A stretch of DNA of 64,000 nucleotides from an uncultured Flavobacteriaceae bacterium (GCA_963710535.1 CAVQAW010000001.1:410-64409); one strand, 5' to 3'. Counted from the first letter of the stretch, positions 1 through 10,452 are shown. A program made the numbers and translations. The notes: generated by a model not told the origin, from the sequence alone.

Positions 1-3000
1 TCAACACCCGGAAATTATATTTTCAGGGTCACTGACGCCCAAGGCTGTACGGCGACATCCCAAGTGACCGTGAACCCCATCACAAACCCTGTTATCACAG
101 GTATTGTACAAACACAATTCATTCTATGTTTTGGTGATTCAGGGGCGGCTATCGATGTGAGTATAGATCCAAATTTCGGGGTGGCTCCATTTACCATCAA
201 TGTATACAATACCACGACCTCTACCGACTATGGTACCCAGGTGTCTGGATTACCTGCAGGGGATTATCAAATCACTGTAGCGGATTCAAAATCTTGTACC
301 GATACCGATGCCATCACGATAAGTCAACCTGATGCCATCAATTATGATATTACATTGATCCCGATCACCTGTGATCCGGGAACCGGAACCGATCCCGGAT
401 CGATCACGGTGGAAAATTTAAGCGGGGGAACGGCGGAATACAGCTATTATTTAACCGGTAACAATGGATACAATGCGACCTATAATACCACCATGGGTGG
501 AGAAGACCATACTTTTGCCATCCTTGAATTTGGTATCTATGAAGTAGATGTCGTGGATGCGAACGGATGTTCCTTAAGAACGACCAATATCATTGCCTCA
601 CCCCCAGATGACCTTGACATCGATGTGTCAACCGCAACGGCCGATTGTGCCACTGGAGGTACGGCAATCGTTACGGTTTCCTCTTTGGTCGGAAGCAACG
701 ACTATGAATTCGGCATTCTGGATTCTTATTCCGTGCCCTATGCTTCAAGCTATCAGGCACCCGATGTGGCCATGGGCGATACCTCGACCTTCACTGGCTT
801 GGTACCTGGAATTACCTACACCTTTGTGGTACACGACATGGTCACCGATTGTTATTATTTTGAAAGTGCGGCAACGCCTATTGATTCCCCATCAAACCTG
901 ACCACTGCTCTTGATGTTGTCGCCAATGTGACCTGTACGGGCAATGCGGATGGCAATGTGAGCTTTACGTTTGACAATTATGATGCGGGCGCAACCGATG
1001 TTGAATATGAGATTTTCAATGCCCAATCGAATGTCACTACCGGCATTACAGGGAGTTCCCCGGTAAACCCGCCAAGCGGGCCTATTTCCGTAGGTTCTTT
1101 TGGCCCTCTGGGACCTGGAGTCTATTATATTCTTTTCCAAGAGATCGGTGGCGCCTATAACGGTTGTACCGTAGGTTCAGATCAATTTACGATTAGCCAG
1201 TCAACCAATGTCCTGGCCGTAAACGTTTCCGCAAGTAACGACAATTGTAACGTGAACGCAGGACGAATTACCGCAGTGGGACAGTATGGTACTGCGCCTT
1301 ACCAATATCAATTGACCCTTTCCACCGATCCGGCGCCTACAGCTTCAACTTGGGCTGGTGCGGCCACCAATGTATTCAATGTGGAAGGAGACGATTATGT
1401 GGTCTACATCAAAGATGCGAACAACTGTATACAAGCTGCGCCCATAACCGTTAATACCGATCCGGTGCCTGCGATATCTGCCGCCATTCTTAACCAATGT
1501 GCAGCGGACGAAGGTGATTTTGAAGTAAGGGTAACCTTGGATGTCGCCGGTGTAGGTCCATACTCTATAAGTGTTGACGGGGGTGCCTATCAATCGGCCG
1601 CCTTGGTGAACGCCGGTGATTTTGTTGATTTTACAGGATTAAATTCAGGTAACCATACGTTTGCCTTGCTGGACTCTAATGGTTGTGGAGATTCCGACGC
1701 GGTAGATATTTACCCACCCTCTTCCTTAACTGCCGATGCCTTGGTACAACCTACCTGCGCCGCAAATGACGGACAAATTGGATTGGTCCCTTATGGTGGG
1801 TCAACTATTTATACCTACGAATTGTTCTATGCCGACGGTCCTTTCATAGGCACGAGCGTTACTGGGGCACCTCAGGCATTGCCTTTGTTTACAGGGCTGG
1901 CGCCTGGATTGTACACCGCTTGGGTTTATGACAGCGTCGCAACCGGATGTAGTGCCTCGGTCAATATAGAATTGGAGATTCCAGCGGCTGTTTCGTTCAC
2001 TGAAACCCACACCGATGTTTCCTGTGCAGGGGCAAGTGACGGTACCATTACTGCGACCCTAGATCCCGGGAACAACAACCCTCCTTACATTTATTCGCTT
2101 TATGACAGTACGGGGCTGATTTTATTGCGCGGCCCCCAGCCAAGCAATATCTTTACGGGCTTGGCGGCAGCTGATTATATCCTTCGTGTTAGATCTGCCA
2201 GGCTTTGCTTTGACAACATACCCGTAACCATTTCTGAACCCCTGCCTGTTGCGGTGAGCGCCACGGCGACCGATTTCGCCTGCAACGCGGACAACTCCGT
2301 GGCCAGGGCCGTGATCACTGCCAACGGCAGCGACGGCACCGCGCCGTACGCCTACAGCATCAACGGGACGACATTCTTCGCCTCGAACACCTTCAACATA
2401 AGCGACACCGGGGCCGTGCAGAACATCACCGTCACCGTGCGCGACGCCAACGGATGCACCGCCACCGATACCGTGACCATCAACCCCTTGCCGACGATCA
2501 CCGCCGTGGGCGTGGCCCAGCTGGTCGAGATCACCTGTGCCAACGACGAGACCGTGAGGATCACCGTCACCGGAGGCTCCGGTGACTTCACCTACGAGCT
2601 GTTGCCCGGCGGGCCGTCGCAGAGCCTCGTGTCGAACACGGCCGACTTCGACCTGGCCGCGCCAGGGGACTATACCTTCAGGGTCACCGACAACGTGACC
2701 GGTTGCTATTCCATCACGGCACCGTACAACATAGCGCCATACGACCTGATAGAGGTCGTGGCGACCGCCACCGCCCCCGTGACGTGCTACGGGGACTCCG
2801 ACGGGGAGATGACCATCGAGGTGAACGACTACCTGGGCAACTATACCTACCAGGTGTTCGATAGCGCCGCCGCGCCGGTCACCGGCGTGGTGGCCGCCGA
2901 TACCTCGGTGAACCCCTTGACCATCTCGGGGCTCCCCGCGGGCAACTTCCACGTGCAGGTGATAGCCACCGGTACGCCCTTCTGCGACGACATGTCGAAC

Positions 3001-6000
3001 ACGGTCACCATAGGCTCGCCCAATGCGGCCCTGGCCCTGGTGCTGGTGGACAACATCAACGCCAACTGCAACATCGGCGCACAGGTGAGCGTACAGGCCA
3101 GCGGGGGCACCCCGGGCTATACCTATGCCTTCGTACCGGACGGCGCGGCGCCGGGGATCTACACGGCAAGTGCCAGTGCGACCCTCGACCCGGCCACCGA
3201 CCTCGATTGGGACGTATGGGTACAGGATTCCAGGGGATGTACCTTCATGATCGACGTGGCCATAGCCGAAGATATGTTGCCCACGGTAACGGCCCCGGCC
3301 TATGCCACCGACCAATGTACCTCTACCGGCACAAGCTATACCTTCACCGTCGCGGGAACGGGCATCGCCCCATTGGCCTATAGCGTCGGTGCCGGCTTCC
3401 AGTCGAGCCCGACGATCACCGTCAGCGCCCCGGGCACCTATACCGTGACCGTGCGCGACGCCAACGGCTGCACCGCCACAGACACCATCGACATACTGCC
3501 GCCGCTAGGGCTCACGCCACAGGCGACGGTACAGCCCAGCTGTGCCCTGAACGACGGGGAGATCACCATCACCGCCAACGGAGGTTCCGCAAGCTATGAG
3601 TACGACCTGTTGGACGGCACGGGGACCAGCGTGACCGCCGGGGCCCGACAGGCCTCCAACGTGTTCGCCGGCCTGGCGCCCGACAACTATACCGCGATCG
3701 TCTACGATACCGCCGGTTCGGGATGCGACGCACAGGCGCCGGTAGCCCTTGAGGCCCCGACCCCCGTCGTGTTCACCTTCACCAAGGAGGACGTGTCATG
3801 CAGCGGCGGCGCCGACGGCTCCATACAGGTGGTGTTGGACCCCTCCAACGACAACCCGCCCTATACCTATACCCTCGACGACGGGACCAACCCGCCGACG
3901 GTGCAGAACAACGGCCTGTTCACGGGCCTTGTGGCCGGGGCCTACACCATCACGGTTGACTCGGGAAGGGCCTGCAGCGACTTCACCGTCGTTAACATTA
4001 CCGAACCCCTGCCTGTTGCGGTGAGCGCCACGGCGACCGATTTCGCCTGCAACGCGGACAACTCCGTGGCCAGGGCCGTGATCACTGCCAACGGCAGCGA
4101 CGGCACCGCGCCGTACGCCTACAGCATCAACGGGACGACATTCTTCGCCTCGAACACCTTCAACATAAGCGACACCGGGGCCGTGCAGAACATCACCGTC
4201 ACCGTGCGCGACGCCAACGGATGCACCGCCACCGATACCGTGACCATCAACCCCTTGCCGACGATCACCGCCGTGGGCGTGGCCCAGCTGGTCGAGATCA
4301 CCTGTGCCAACGACGAGACCGTGAGGATCACCGTCACCGGAGGCTCCGGTGACTTCACCTACGAGCTGTTGCCCGGCGGGCCGTCGCAGAGCCTCGTGTC
4401 GAACACGGCCGACTTCGACCTGGCCGCGCCAGGGGACTATACCTTCAGGGTCACCGACAACGTGACCGGTTGCTATTCCATCACGGCACCGTACAACATA
4501 GCGCCATACGACCTGATAGAGGTCGTGGCGACCGCCACCGCCCCCGTGACGTGCTACGGGGACTCCGACGGGGAGATGACCATCGAGGTGAACGACTACC
4601 TGGGCAACTATACCTACCAGGTGTTCGATAGCGCCGCCGCGCCGGTCACCGGCGTGGTGGCCGCCGATACCTCGGTGAACCCCTTGACCATCTCGGGGCT
4701 CCCCGCGGGCAACTTCCACGTGCAGGTGATAGCCACCGGTACGCCCTTCTGCGACGACATGTCGAACACGGTCACCATAGGCTCGCCCAATGCGGCCCTG
4801 GCCCTGGTGCTGGTGGACAACATCAACGCCAACTGCAACATCGGCGCACAGGTGAGCGTACAGGCCAGCGGGGGCACCCCGGGCTATACCTATGCCTTCG
4901 TACCGGACGGCGCGGCGCCGGGGATCTACACGGCAAGTGCCAGTGCGACCCTCGACCCGGCCACCGACCTCGATTGGGACGTATGGGTACAGGATTCCAG
5001 GGGATGTACCTTCATGATCGACGTGGCCATAGCCGAAGATATGTTGCCCACGGTAACGGCCCCGGCCTATGCCGCCGACCAATGTACCTCTACCGGCACA
5101 AGCTATACCTTCACCGTCGCGGGAACGGGCATCGCCCCATTGGCCTATAGCGTCGGTGCCGGCTTCCAGTCGAGCCCGACGATCACCGTCAGCGCCCCGG
5201 GCACCTATACCGTGACCGTGCGCGACGCCAACGGCTGCACCGCCACAGACACCATCGACATACTGCCGCCGCTAGGGCTCACGCCACAGGCGACGGTACA
5301 GCCCAGCTGTGCCCTGAACGACGGGGAGATCACCATCACCGCCAACGGAGGTTCCGCAAGCTATGAGTACGACCTGTTGGACGGCACGGGGACCAGCGTG
5401 ACCGCCGGGGCCCGACAGGCCTCCAACGTGTTCGCCGGCCTGGCGCCCGACAACTATACCGCGATCGTCTACGATACCGCCGGTTCGGGATGCGACGCAC
5501 AGGCGCCGGTAGCCCTTGAGGCCCCGACCCCCGTCGTGTTCACCTTCACCAAGGAGGACGTGTCATGCAGCGGCGGCGCCGACGGCTCCATACAGGTGGT
5601 GTTGGACCCCTCCAACGACAACCCGCCCTATACCTATACCCTCGACGACGGGACCAACCCGCCGACGGTGCAGAACAACGGCCTGTTCACGGGCCTTGTG
5701 GCCGGGGCCTACACCATCACGGTTGACTCGGGAAGGGCCTGCAGCGACTTCACCGTCGTTAACATTACCGAACCCCTGCCTGTTGCGGTGAGCGCCACGG
5801 CGACCGATTTCGCCTGCAACGCGGACAACTCCGTGGCCAGGGCCGTGATCACTGCCAACGGCAGCGACGGCACCGCGCCGTACGCCTACAGCATCAACGG
5901 GACGACATTCTTCGCCTCGAACACCTTCAACATAAGCGACACCGGGGCCGTGCAGAACATCACCGTCACCGTGCGCGACGCCAACGGATGCACCGCCACC

Positions 6001-8835
6001 GATACCGTGACCATCAACCCGTTGAACAAGTTCACCGCGACAGTGGCACAAAATATGGCCATTTCCTGTGCAGGACCTGAACAAGTAACCATTACGGTAA
6101 CCGATGACGGGAACGCGGCTAATGTATATAGCTTTGAATTATTGCCCATTGGCAACGTGAACGGGACCCAAACCGGGACACCGACCTATAATACGGCTAC
6201 CTTTGATCTGAATGCGGTGGGCAGTTATGTGTTCCGTATTACCGATACAACAACGGGATGTTACGTCAATACCGCACCCTATAACATTGCCCCTTATGAC
6301 TTCATCGACGTGGTGGCCACGGCCACTACTCCCGTGACCTGTTTCGGGGATACCGATGGGGCCTTGGAGATCAATGTCAGTGGCTATTCAGGCCCCTATG
6401 ATTATGAGGTCTTTACCCAGTCTGGAACCAGTGTTCTGACAGGATCCGGAAATACGACCACCAATCCATTGTCAATTACCGGCTTAACCGGTGGCAACTA
6501 CTTTGTGAGGGTCAGCGAAACCGCATTGCCATTATGCGGGGAAAATTCAAACGTGATTACCATCATTTCTCCCGACATGCCTTTAACGGCCATCGTAAAT
6601 CCGATTGCCCCTGTGACCTGCACCAATGATCAAGGAGAAATATTGGTCGACCCAAGTGGGGGATATGCGCCCTATGATATTGTTTTGACCAATACCACAA
6701 CGGGTCAGACATACAATGCAAACAATGTACAGAGCTTTGTCTTTACAGGACTTTCTGCCGGTAATTTTGATGTAGCCATCACCGATAACAGTGGTTGCGT
6801 ACTCAATGATACCGAAGTGTTGGTGGCACCGATTCCGATTACCGCGAATGCAACGCCCCTGGTAACTGCATTAACCTGTTTTGGGGATACCGATGGAACG
6901 GTATCGGCCATCAATACCATTGGAGGAAGTGGTTCTTACCAATATCGCTTGAACTACTACGATTCAACCGGCGCCGTCATCGACTTTACTTCCGGAGGGC
7001 AAACCAATGCGACCTTTAATAATCTGGGCGCGGGAATATATAGCATCACCGTTTCGGATGGATGGAATTGCGATGTGGAAACCAATCAGGTAACCATCAC
7101 CGAACCTACCGAAGTGAGCGCTTCCCTGATCAGGACCAGTGCCTTGACCTGTACTTCACAGGCCCAGCTACTGTTGACTGCCTCAGGTGGAACCGGACCG
7201 TATACCTATAGCGTTGATGGCATCAACTATTTCCCAATGTCCGGTGGCAACACCCATACCTTTAATGTAGGTGCTGGTTCATACAGATACTATGTAAGGG
7301 ATGCGTTCAATTGTGCCTCGGTTCGCTCAAACCAAATCACCGAGAATCCGATCATGCCATTGACCCTTAGCATTGACCCGAAAGCAGCGGTCATCAATTG
7401 TGCGGGTGAGAATACGGCAATCATCTATGCTTCGGCAAATGGTGGCCTGGGCAATTACCGATATGAACTGTTCACCGATGTTTCCTTAAGTGCAGGATCA
7501 CGGATTGCCGGCCCACAGAGTCTGGGACAATTCAATGATCTACTGGCCGGCACCTATTATGTAACGGTTACCAGCCTCGATTGTACCGCGGCACCTGCAA
7601 TGGTCGTCATTACCGAACCAACGCCTTTGACCTATACCGATTCGGTGACCAACGTAAGTTGCAGCGGGGAAGACAACGGAAGCATTACCGTGACCCTGTC
7701 CGGTGGATCCGGCGGCTATCAATATGCCATTTCCCCGAACCTGAACCAGTTCGATGATATCAACACCTTCACAGACCTTCCAGGAAGCGTAACGGGCATT
7801 ACCTATACCGTTATCGCACAAGATCAGAAAGGGTGTTTTATCGAGCTCCAATATACCATCTTTGAGCCTGAAGCCTTGAGCGCCACAGCGACCTCAACGC
7901 CTGAGGTGTGCATCGGTGAGGAAGATGGCACCATCAGTGTGGCCATAAGTGGCGGTACTGCGCCATATTCGACAAGTCTTAACGACGATAGCAACTATGT
8001 GCAAGATCGGGTGGACTTTAATGATTTGGCCTCCGGGACTTACTTCGTATTCGTCAAAGATGCCAATGATTGTGAGTTTATCGTGCCCATCGATGTGGCG
8101 CCAGGGGTCAACCTCAACGCCACGATTGAGCCCGTTTATGAGTGTACGGGGGATACGCCAAGCAACTACGTAAACATCACCATGGAAGATGATACGGTTC
8201 TTGGTGACATCATGTACGCTCTGGATTCAACCGATCCGGCCGATTTCCAGTTGACCCCCGATTTTAGAGACAGCTCTCCAGGGCCACATTACATCGCCAT
8301 CGCCTCAACGACCAGCGGATGCTTGAAGACCTATGATTTTGAGATTGCGTTCTTCGAACCATTGACCTTGGTTTTGGAGCAGAACAATATCAATGAGATC
8401 ACGGCGATCGCCACCGGTGGTCAAGAAGATTACACCTTCTATTTCGGCGATGTCAACAATGGGTCCGACAATACCTATTACATCAACAGGACCGACACCT
8501 ATGTGATCACGGTCGTTGACGAAAATGGTTGCGAGATGACCGCCAGTATCTTTATGGAGTTCATCGATATCGACATTCCGAACTTTTTCAGTCCGGATGG
8601 GGATGGCCAAAACGATACCTGGAGACCGAAGAACGATGAGGGCTTTCCGCAGATACTAACAATCATTTTCGATCGTTATGGTAGGGAGGTATACAGAATG
8701 CGTTTAAATGATGCCGGATGGAACGGAATCTACCAAGGAAAAGAACTTCCGAGTGGTGATTACTGGTACATTCTAAAGCTCAGGGGAGAGAACGACGACC
8801 GCGAATTTGTAGGGCATTTTACCCTCTATCGATAA
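1..8835 (+). CDS. sprB: Giant T9SS type-B (CHU_C/gliding-motility CTD) adhesin with SprB repeats, SprB-like; 5'-truncated by the window
   Basis: Frame is open from base 1 (STPGNYIFRVTDAQGC...). It has many Thr/Gly-rich repeats of the 'VTVRDANGC' / 'DVSC.G..DG.I' type and a C-terminal 'IPNFFSPDGDGQNDTW...IFDRYG...GWNG.Y.GKELPSGDYWY...GHFTLYR' type-B sorting domain. A PorP/SprF-family gene follows immediately. The symbol is inferred from family and synteny. Confidence 0.85.
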   Translation, partial: STPGNYIFRVTDAQGCTATSQVTVNPITNPVITGIVQTQFILCFGDSGAAIDVSIDPNFGVAPFTINVYNTTTSTDYGTQVSGLPAGDYQITVADSKSCTDTDAITISQPDAINYDITLIPITCDPGTGTDPGSITVENLSGGTAEYSYYLTGNNGYNATYNTTMGGEDHTFAILEFGIYEVDVVDANGCSLRTTNIIASPPDDLDIDVSTATADCATGGTAIVTVSSLVGSNDYEFGILDSYSVPYASSYQAPDVAMGDTSTFTGLVPGITYTFVVHDMVTDCYYFESAATPIDSPSNLTTALDVVANVTCTGNADGNVSFTFDNYDAGATDVEYEIFNAQSNVTTGITGSSPVNPPSGPISVGSFGPLGPGVYYILFQEIGGAYNGCTVGSDQFTISQSTNVLAVNVSASNDNCNVNAGRITAVGQYGTAPYQYQLTLSTDPAPTASTWAGAATNVFNVEGDDYVVYIKDANNCIQAAPITVNTDPVPAISAAILNQCAADEGDFEVRVTLDVAGVGPYSISVDGGAYQSAALVNAGDFVDFTGLNSGNHTFALLDSNGCGDSDAVDIYPPSSLTADALVQPTCAANDGQIGLVPYGGSTIYTYELFYADGPFIGTSVTGAPQALPLFTGLAPGLYTAWVYDSVATGCSASVNIELEIPAAVSFTETHTDVSCAGASDGTITATLDPGNNNPPYIYSLYDSTGLILLRGPQPSNIFTGLAAADYILRVRSARLCFDNIPVTISEPLPVAVSATATDFACNADNSVARAVITANGSDGTAPYAYSINGTTFFASNTFNISDTGAVQNITVTVRDANGCTATDTVTINPLPTITAVGVAQLVEITCANDETVRITVTGGSGDFTYELLPGGPSQSLVSNTADFDLAAPGDYTFRVTDNVTGCYSITAPYNIAPYDLIEVVATATAPVTCYGDSDGEMTIEVNDYLGNYTYQVFDSAAAPVTGVVAADTSVNPLTISGLPAGNFHVQVIATGTPFCDDMSNTVTIGSPNAALALVLVDNINANCNIGAQVSVQASGGTPGYTYAFVPDGAAPGIYTASASATLDPATDLDWDVWVQDSRGCTFMIDVAIAEDMLPTVTAPAYATDQCTSTGTSYTFTVAGTGIAPLAYSVGAGFQSSPTITVSAPGTYTVTVRDANGCTATDTIDILPPLGLTPQATVQPSCALNDGEITITANGGSASYEYDLLDGTGTSVTAGARQASNVFAGLAPDNYTAIVYDTAGSGCDAQAPVALEAPTPVVFTFTKEDVSCSGGADGSIQVVLDPSNDNPPYTYTLDDGTNPPTVQNNGLFTGLVAGAYTITVDSGRACSDFTVVNITEPLPVAVSATATDFACNADNSVARAVITANGSDGTAPYAYSINGTTFFASNTFNISDTGAVQNITVTVRDANGCTATDTVTINPLPTITAVGVAQLVEITCANDETVRITVTGGSGDFTYELLPGGPSQSLVSNTADFDLAAPGDYTFRVTDNVTGCYSITAPYNIAPYDLIEVVATATAPVTCYGDSDGEMTIEVNDYLGNYTYQVFDSAAAPVTGVVAADTSVNPLTISGLPAGNFHVQVIATGTPFCDDMSNTVTIGSPNAALALVLVDNINANCNIGAQVSVQASGGTPGYTYAFVPDGAAPGIYTASASATLDPATDLDWDVWVQDSRGCTFMIDVAIAEDMLPTVTAPAYAADQCTSTGTSYTFTVAGTGIAPLAYSVGAGFQSSPTITVSAPGTYTVTVRDANGCTATDTIDILPPLGLTPQATVQPSCALNDGEITITANGGSASYEYDLLDGTGTSVTAGARQASNVFAGLAPDNYTAIVYDTAGSGCDAQAPVALEAPTPVVFTFTKEDVSCSGGADGSIQVVLDPSNDNPPYTYTLDDGTNPPTVQNNGLFTGLVAGAYTITVDSGRACSDFTVVNITEPLPVAVSATATDFACNADNSVARAVITANGSDGTAPYAYSINGTTFFASNTFNISDTGAVQNITVTVRDANGCTATDTVTINPLNKFTATVAQNMAISCAGPEQVTITVTDDGNAANVYSFELLPIGNVNGTQTGTPTYNTATFDLNAVGSYVFRITDTTTGCYVNTAPYNIAPYDFIDVVATATTPVTCFGDTDGALEINVSGYSGPYDYEVFTQSGTSVLTGSGNTTTNPLSITGLTGGNYFVRVSETALPLCGENSNVITIISPDMPLTAIVNPIAPVTCTNDQGEILVDPSGGYAPYDIVLTNTTTGQTYNANNVQSFVFTGLSAGNFDVAITDNSGCVLNDTEVLVAPIPITANATPLVTALTCFGDTDGTVSAINTIGGSGSYQYRLNYYDSTGAVIDFTSGGQTNATFNNLGAGIYSITVSDGWNCDVETNQVTITEPTEVSASLIRTSALTCTSQAQLLLTASGGTGPYTYSVDGINYFPMSGGNTHTFNVGAGSYRYYVRDAFNCASVRSNQITENPIMPLTLSIDPKAAVINCAGENTAIIYASANGGLGNYRYELFTDVSLSAGSRIAGPQSLGQFNDLLAGTYYVTVTSLDCTAAPAMVVITEPTPLTYTDSVTNVSCSGEDNGSITVTLSGGSGGYQYAISPNLNQFDDINTFTDLPGSVTGITYTVIAQDQKGCFIELQYTIFEPEALSATATSTPEVCIGEEDGTISVAISGGTAPYSTSLNDDSNYVQDRVDFNDLASGTYFVFVKDANDCEFIVPIDVAPGVNLNATIEPVYECTGDTPSNYVNITMEDDTVLGDIMYALDSTDPADFQLTPDFRDSSPGPHYIAIASTTSGCLKTYDFEIAFFEPLTLVLEQNNINEITAIATGGQEDYTFYFGDVNNGSDNTYYINRTDTYVITVVDENGCEMTASIFMEFIDIDIPNFFSPDGDGQNDTWRPKNDEGFPQILTIIFDRYGREVYRMRLNDAGWNGIYQGKELPSGDYWYILKLRGENDDREFVGHFTLYR
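2236..6020 (+). repeat. Intragenic tandem direct repeat, 1767-bp unit (589 aa), about 2.14 copies
   Basis: GAACCCCTGCCTGTTGCGGTGAGC starts at 2236, 4003 and 5770 (spacing 1767). Identity ends after CATCAACCC at 6020. The only difference I noticed is A3307 vs G5074 (T->A in APAYA[T/A]DQC). Confidence 0.95.
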
Positions 8836-8847
8836 TCATTAACCCAA

Positions 8848-9810
8848 ATGAACATGCGTAATAAAATATTCATTCTTGTCTTTCTTTTTTGCGCCTTTTT
8901 GGCCAAAGGGCAAGAGTTGAATTCCCCCCAATTGTCACAATATTTGGCCGATAACCCGTTCGTGCTTTCCCCGGTCTATGCCGGCATCGGAGATCATGTC
9001 AAAATAAGGCTGAATGGTCTAACACAATGGGTGGGCATCAAAGATGCGCCACAAACGCAATCTTTGGCCGCAGATATGCGAATCGGGGAACAATCCGGGA
9101 TAGGGCTGTTTTTATACAACGATAGCAACGGGTACACCAAACAGCAGGGCGCACGGGTATCGTTCGCCCATCATTTGACTTTGGACAAATACGAGGATGA
9201 ATTCTTGTCTTTGGGCATCTCCTACAATTTCAACCAATTTCGCATCGATATCGATGAATTCAATCTGGCGGGTTTCCCGGATAACGGGGTGATCAACAAC
9301 AGGCAAACCTCGAACCACAACTTCGATATCGGCGCCCTATACCGTTACGGTACTTTCTATTTTAGCGCCAATGCTTCGAACCTGTTGAACAAAGATCCAC
9401 AAAGCCTCACCTTCGATGCTGATGAACCCAATGAGCTCAGGAATTATTACGCCTACACCGGGTATCGTTATAAGAAGAACAAGAACAGTAATCTTGAAAT
9501 CGAACCTTCGTTGCTTTTCAAAATATTTGAAAGTGATGGGCGTTCCGAAACCGACTTGAACCTCAAATTTCGATGGTACGATTTTGATGATTATTATTAC
9601 GCGGGCATCAACTACCGCTTTTTGAACGATCAAATCGGGGACCCTTTGTATATCGCTCCTTTTGCGGGACTTAAGAAAGGGAATTTCTACTTCGGATACT
9701 CCTATCAGATCATCCTCAACGAAATCATTACCTACAGCACCGGAACGCATGTCGTCACCATCGGCGTCGACCTATTCCAGGGCATCAGCAACTGTAGGTG
9801 TACCTATTGA
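8848..9810 (+). CDS. sprF: PorP/SprF family type IX secretion membrane protein
   Basis: Signal peptide followed by 'QYLADNPFVLSPVYAGIG...LTQWVGIKDAP', alternating beta-strand pattern, directly downstream of a type-B CTD adhesin. Confidence 0.8.
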   Translation: MNMRNKIFILVFLFCAFLAKGQELNSPQLSQYLADNPFVLSPVYAGIGDHVKIRLNGLTQWVGIKDAPQTQSLAADMRIGEQSGIGLFLYNDSNGYTKQQGARVSFAHHLTLDKYEDEFLSLGISYNFNQFRIDIDEFNLAGFPDNGVINNRQTSNHNFDIGALYRYGTFYFSANASNLLNKDPQSLTFDADEPNELRNYYAYTGYRYKKNKNSNLEIEPSLLFKIFESDGRSETDLNLKFRWYDFDDYYYAGINYRFLNDQIGDPLYIAPFAGLKKGNFYFGYSYQIILNEIITYSTGTHVVTIGVDLFQGISNCRCTY

Positions 9811-9918
9811 AATATACGCTCGAAATTATTCATTTGCGCTGTCCGCGACAGTTGAGGCCTACTTTTATATTTCAATACTTTTCCAATGTGTTCCCGTAAT
9901 ATTCTCAAAGGTTTCAGT

Positions 9919-9926
9919 TAAGTTTG
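9919..9926 (+). promoter_or_regulatory. Bacteroidota -7 promoter element (TAAGTTTG) for folB
   Basis: Matches TAnnTTTG, 17 nt before the TTG start. Confidence 0.6.
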
Positions 9927-9943
9927 CAAAAATCCTTTTGTAC

Positions 9944-10309
9944 TTGGGACAGGTAAAACTTGAAAATATAAGGGTATACGCCCATCACGGTTGTTTGGAG
10001 GAAGAAACGATCATCGGGAGTCATTACAGGGTTGATGTTTCCCTCTCGGCCGATCTCACCAAGCCCATGTATTCCGATCGGCTTACGGAAACGGTCGATT
10101 ACGTGCACATCAATCAGATCGTAAAGGAAGAAATGAAGATTTCCTCAAAGCTCTTGGAACATGTTGCCCATCGCATCATCGGCCGTATCTTTTCCGAAAT
10201 GGAACAGGTGAAGAAGGCCAAGGTATCAGTGTCAAAAATCAATCCCCCCATCGGTGGGGATGTGGAAATGGTAACGATTATCCTTTCTCAAAAAAAAGAT
10301 GTTTCTTAA
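9944..10309 (+). CDS. folB: Dihydroneopterin aldolase
   Basis: TTG start gives MGQVKLENIRVYAHHGCLEEE...YRVDV...TVDYV...SKLLEHVA...VSKINPPIGG, the FolB signature. The ORF-track extension back to 9662 overlaps sprF and is rejected. Confidence 0.9.
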   Translation: MGQVKLENIRVYAHHGCLEEETIIGSHYRVDVSLSADLTKPMYSDRLTETVDYVHINQIVKEEMKISSKLLEHVAHRIIGRIFSEMEQVKKAKVSVSKINPPIGGDVEMVTIILSQKKDVS

Positions 10310-10317
10310 AATTATAG

Positions 10318-10325
10318 TATCTTTG
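10318..10325 (+). promoter_or_regulatory. -7 promoter element (TATCTTTG) for tRNA-Cys
   Basis: TAnnTTTG match 11 nt upstream of the tRNA. Confidence 0.65.
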
Positions 10326-10336
10326 CGCGGCGAAAA

Positions 10337-10407
10337 GGCATCGTGGCCGAGTGGCTAGGCAAGGCTCTGCAAAAGCTTGTACAGCGGTTCGAATCCGCTC
10401 GATGCCT
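10337..10407 (+). tRNA. tRNA-Cys(GCA)
   Basis: Acceptor stem GGCATCG/CGATGCC, anticodon arm AGGCT-CTGCAAA-AGCTT, T-loop GGTTCGAATCC, discriminator T; CCA not encoded. Confidence 0.95.
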
Positions 10408-10411
10408 CAAC

Positions 10412-10437
10412 AAAACCTCCATTTTTTGGGGGTTTTT
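10412..10437. terminator. Probable bidirectional intrinsic terminator
   Basis: AAAACCTCCA-TTTTT-TGGGGGTTTT hairpin between the convergent tRNA-Cys and LysE genes. Confidence 0.6.
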
Positions 10438-10452
10438 GCTTTATGTAGGGTA

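Noticed and set aside
2122-6084. Long antisense ORFs (2122-3315, 3796-5082, 5563-6084) and similar ones opposite lepA, dusB and the permease
   Set aside because: Shadow ORFs caused by high third-position GC; they duplicate with the repeat and have no recognisable motifs.
9662-9943. N-terminal extensions in the ORF track (folB; likewise GIN, rnpA, lepA, PQQ, SDR, VOC, Gfo)
   Set aside because: They overlap neighbouring genes or promoters; family homology begins at the downstream starts used in the feature list.
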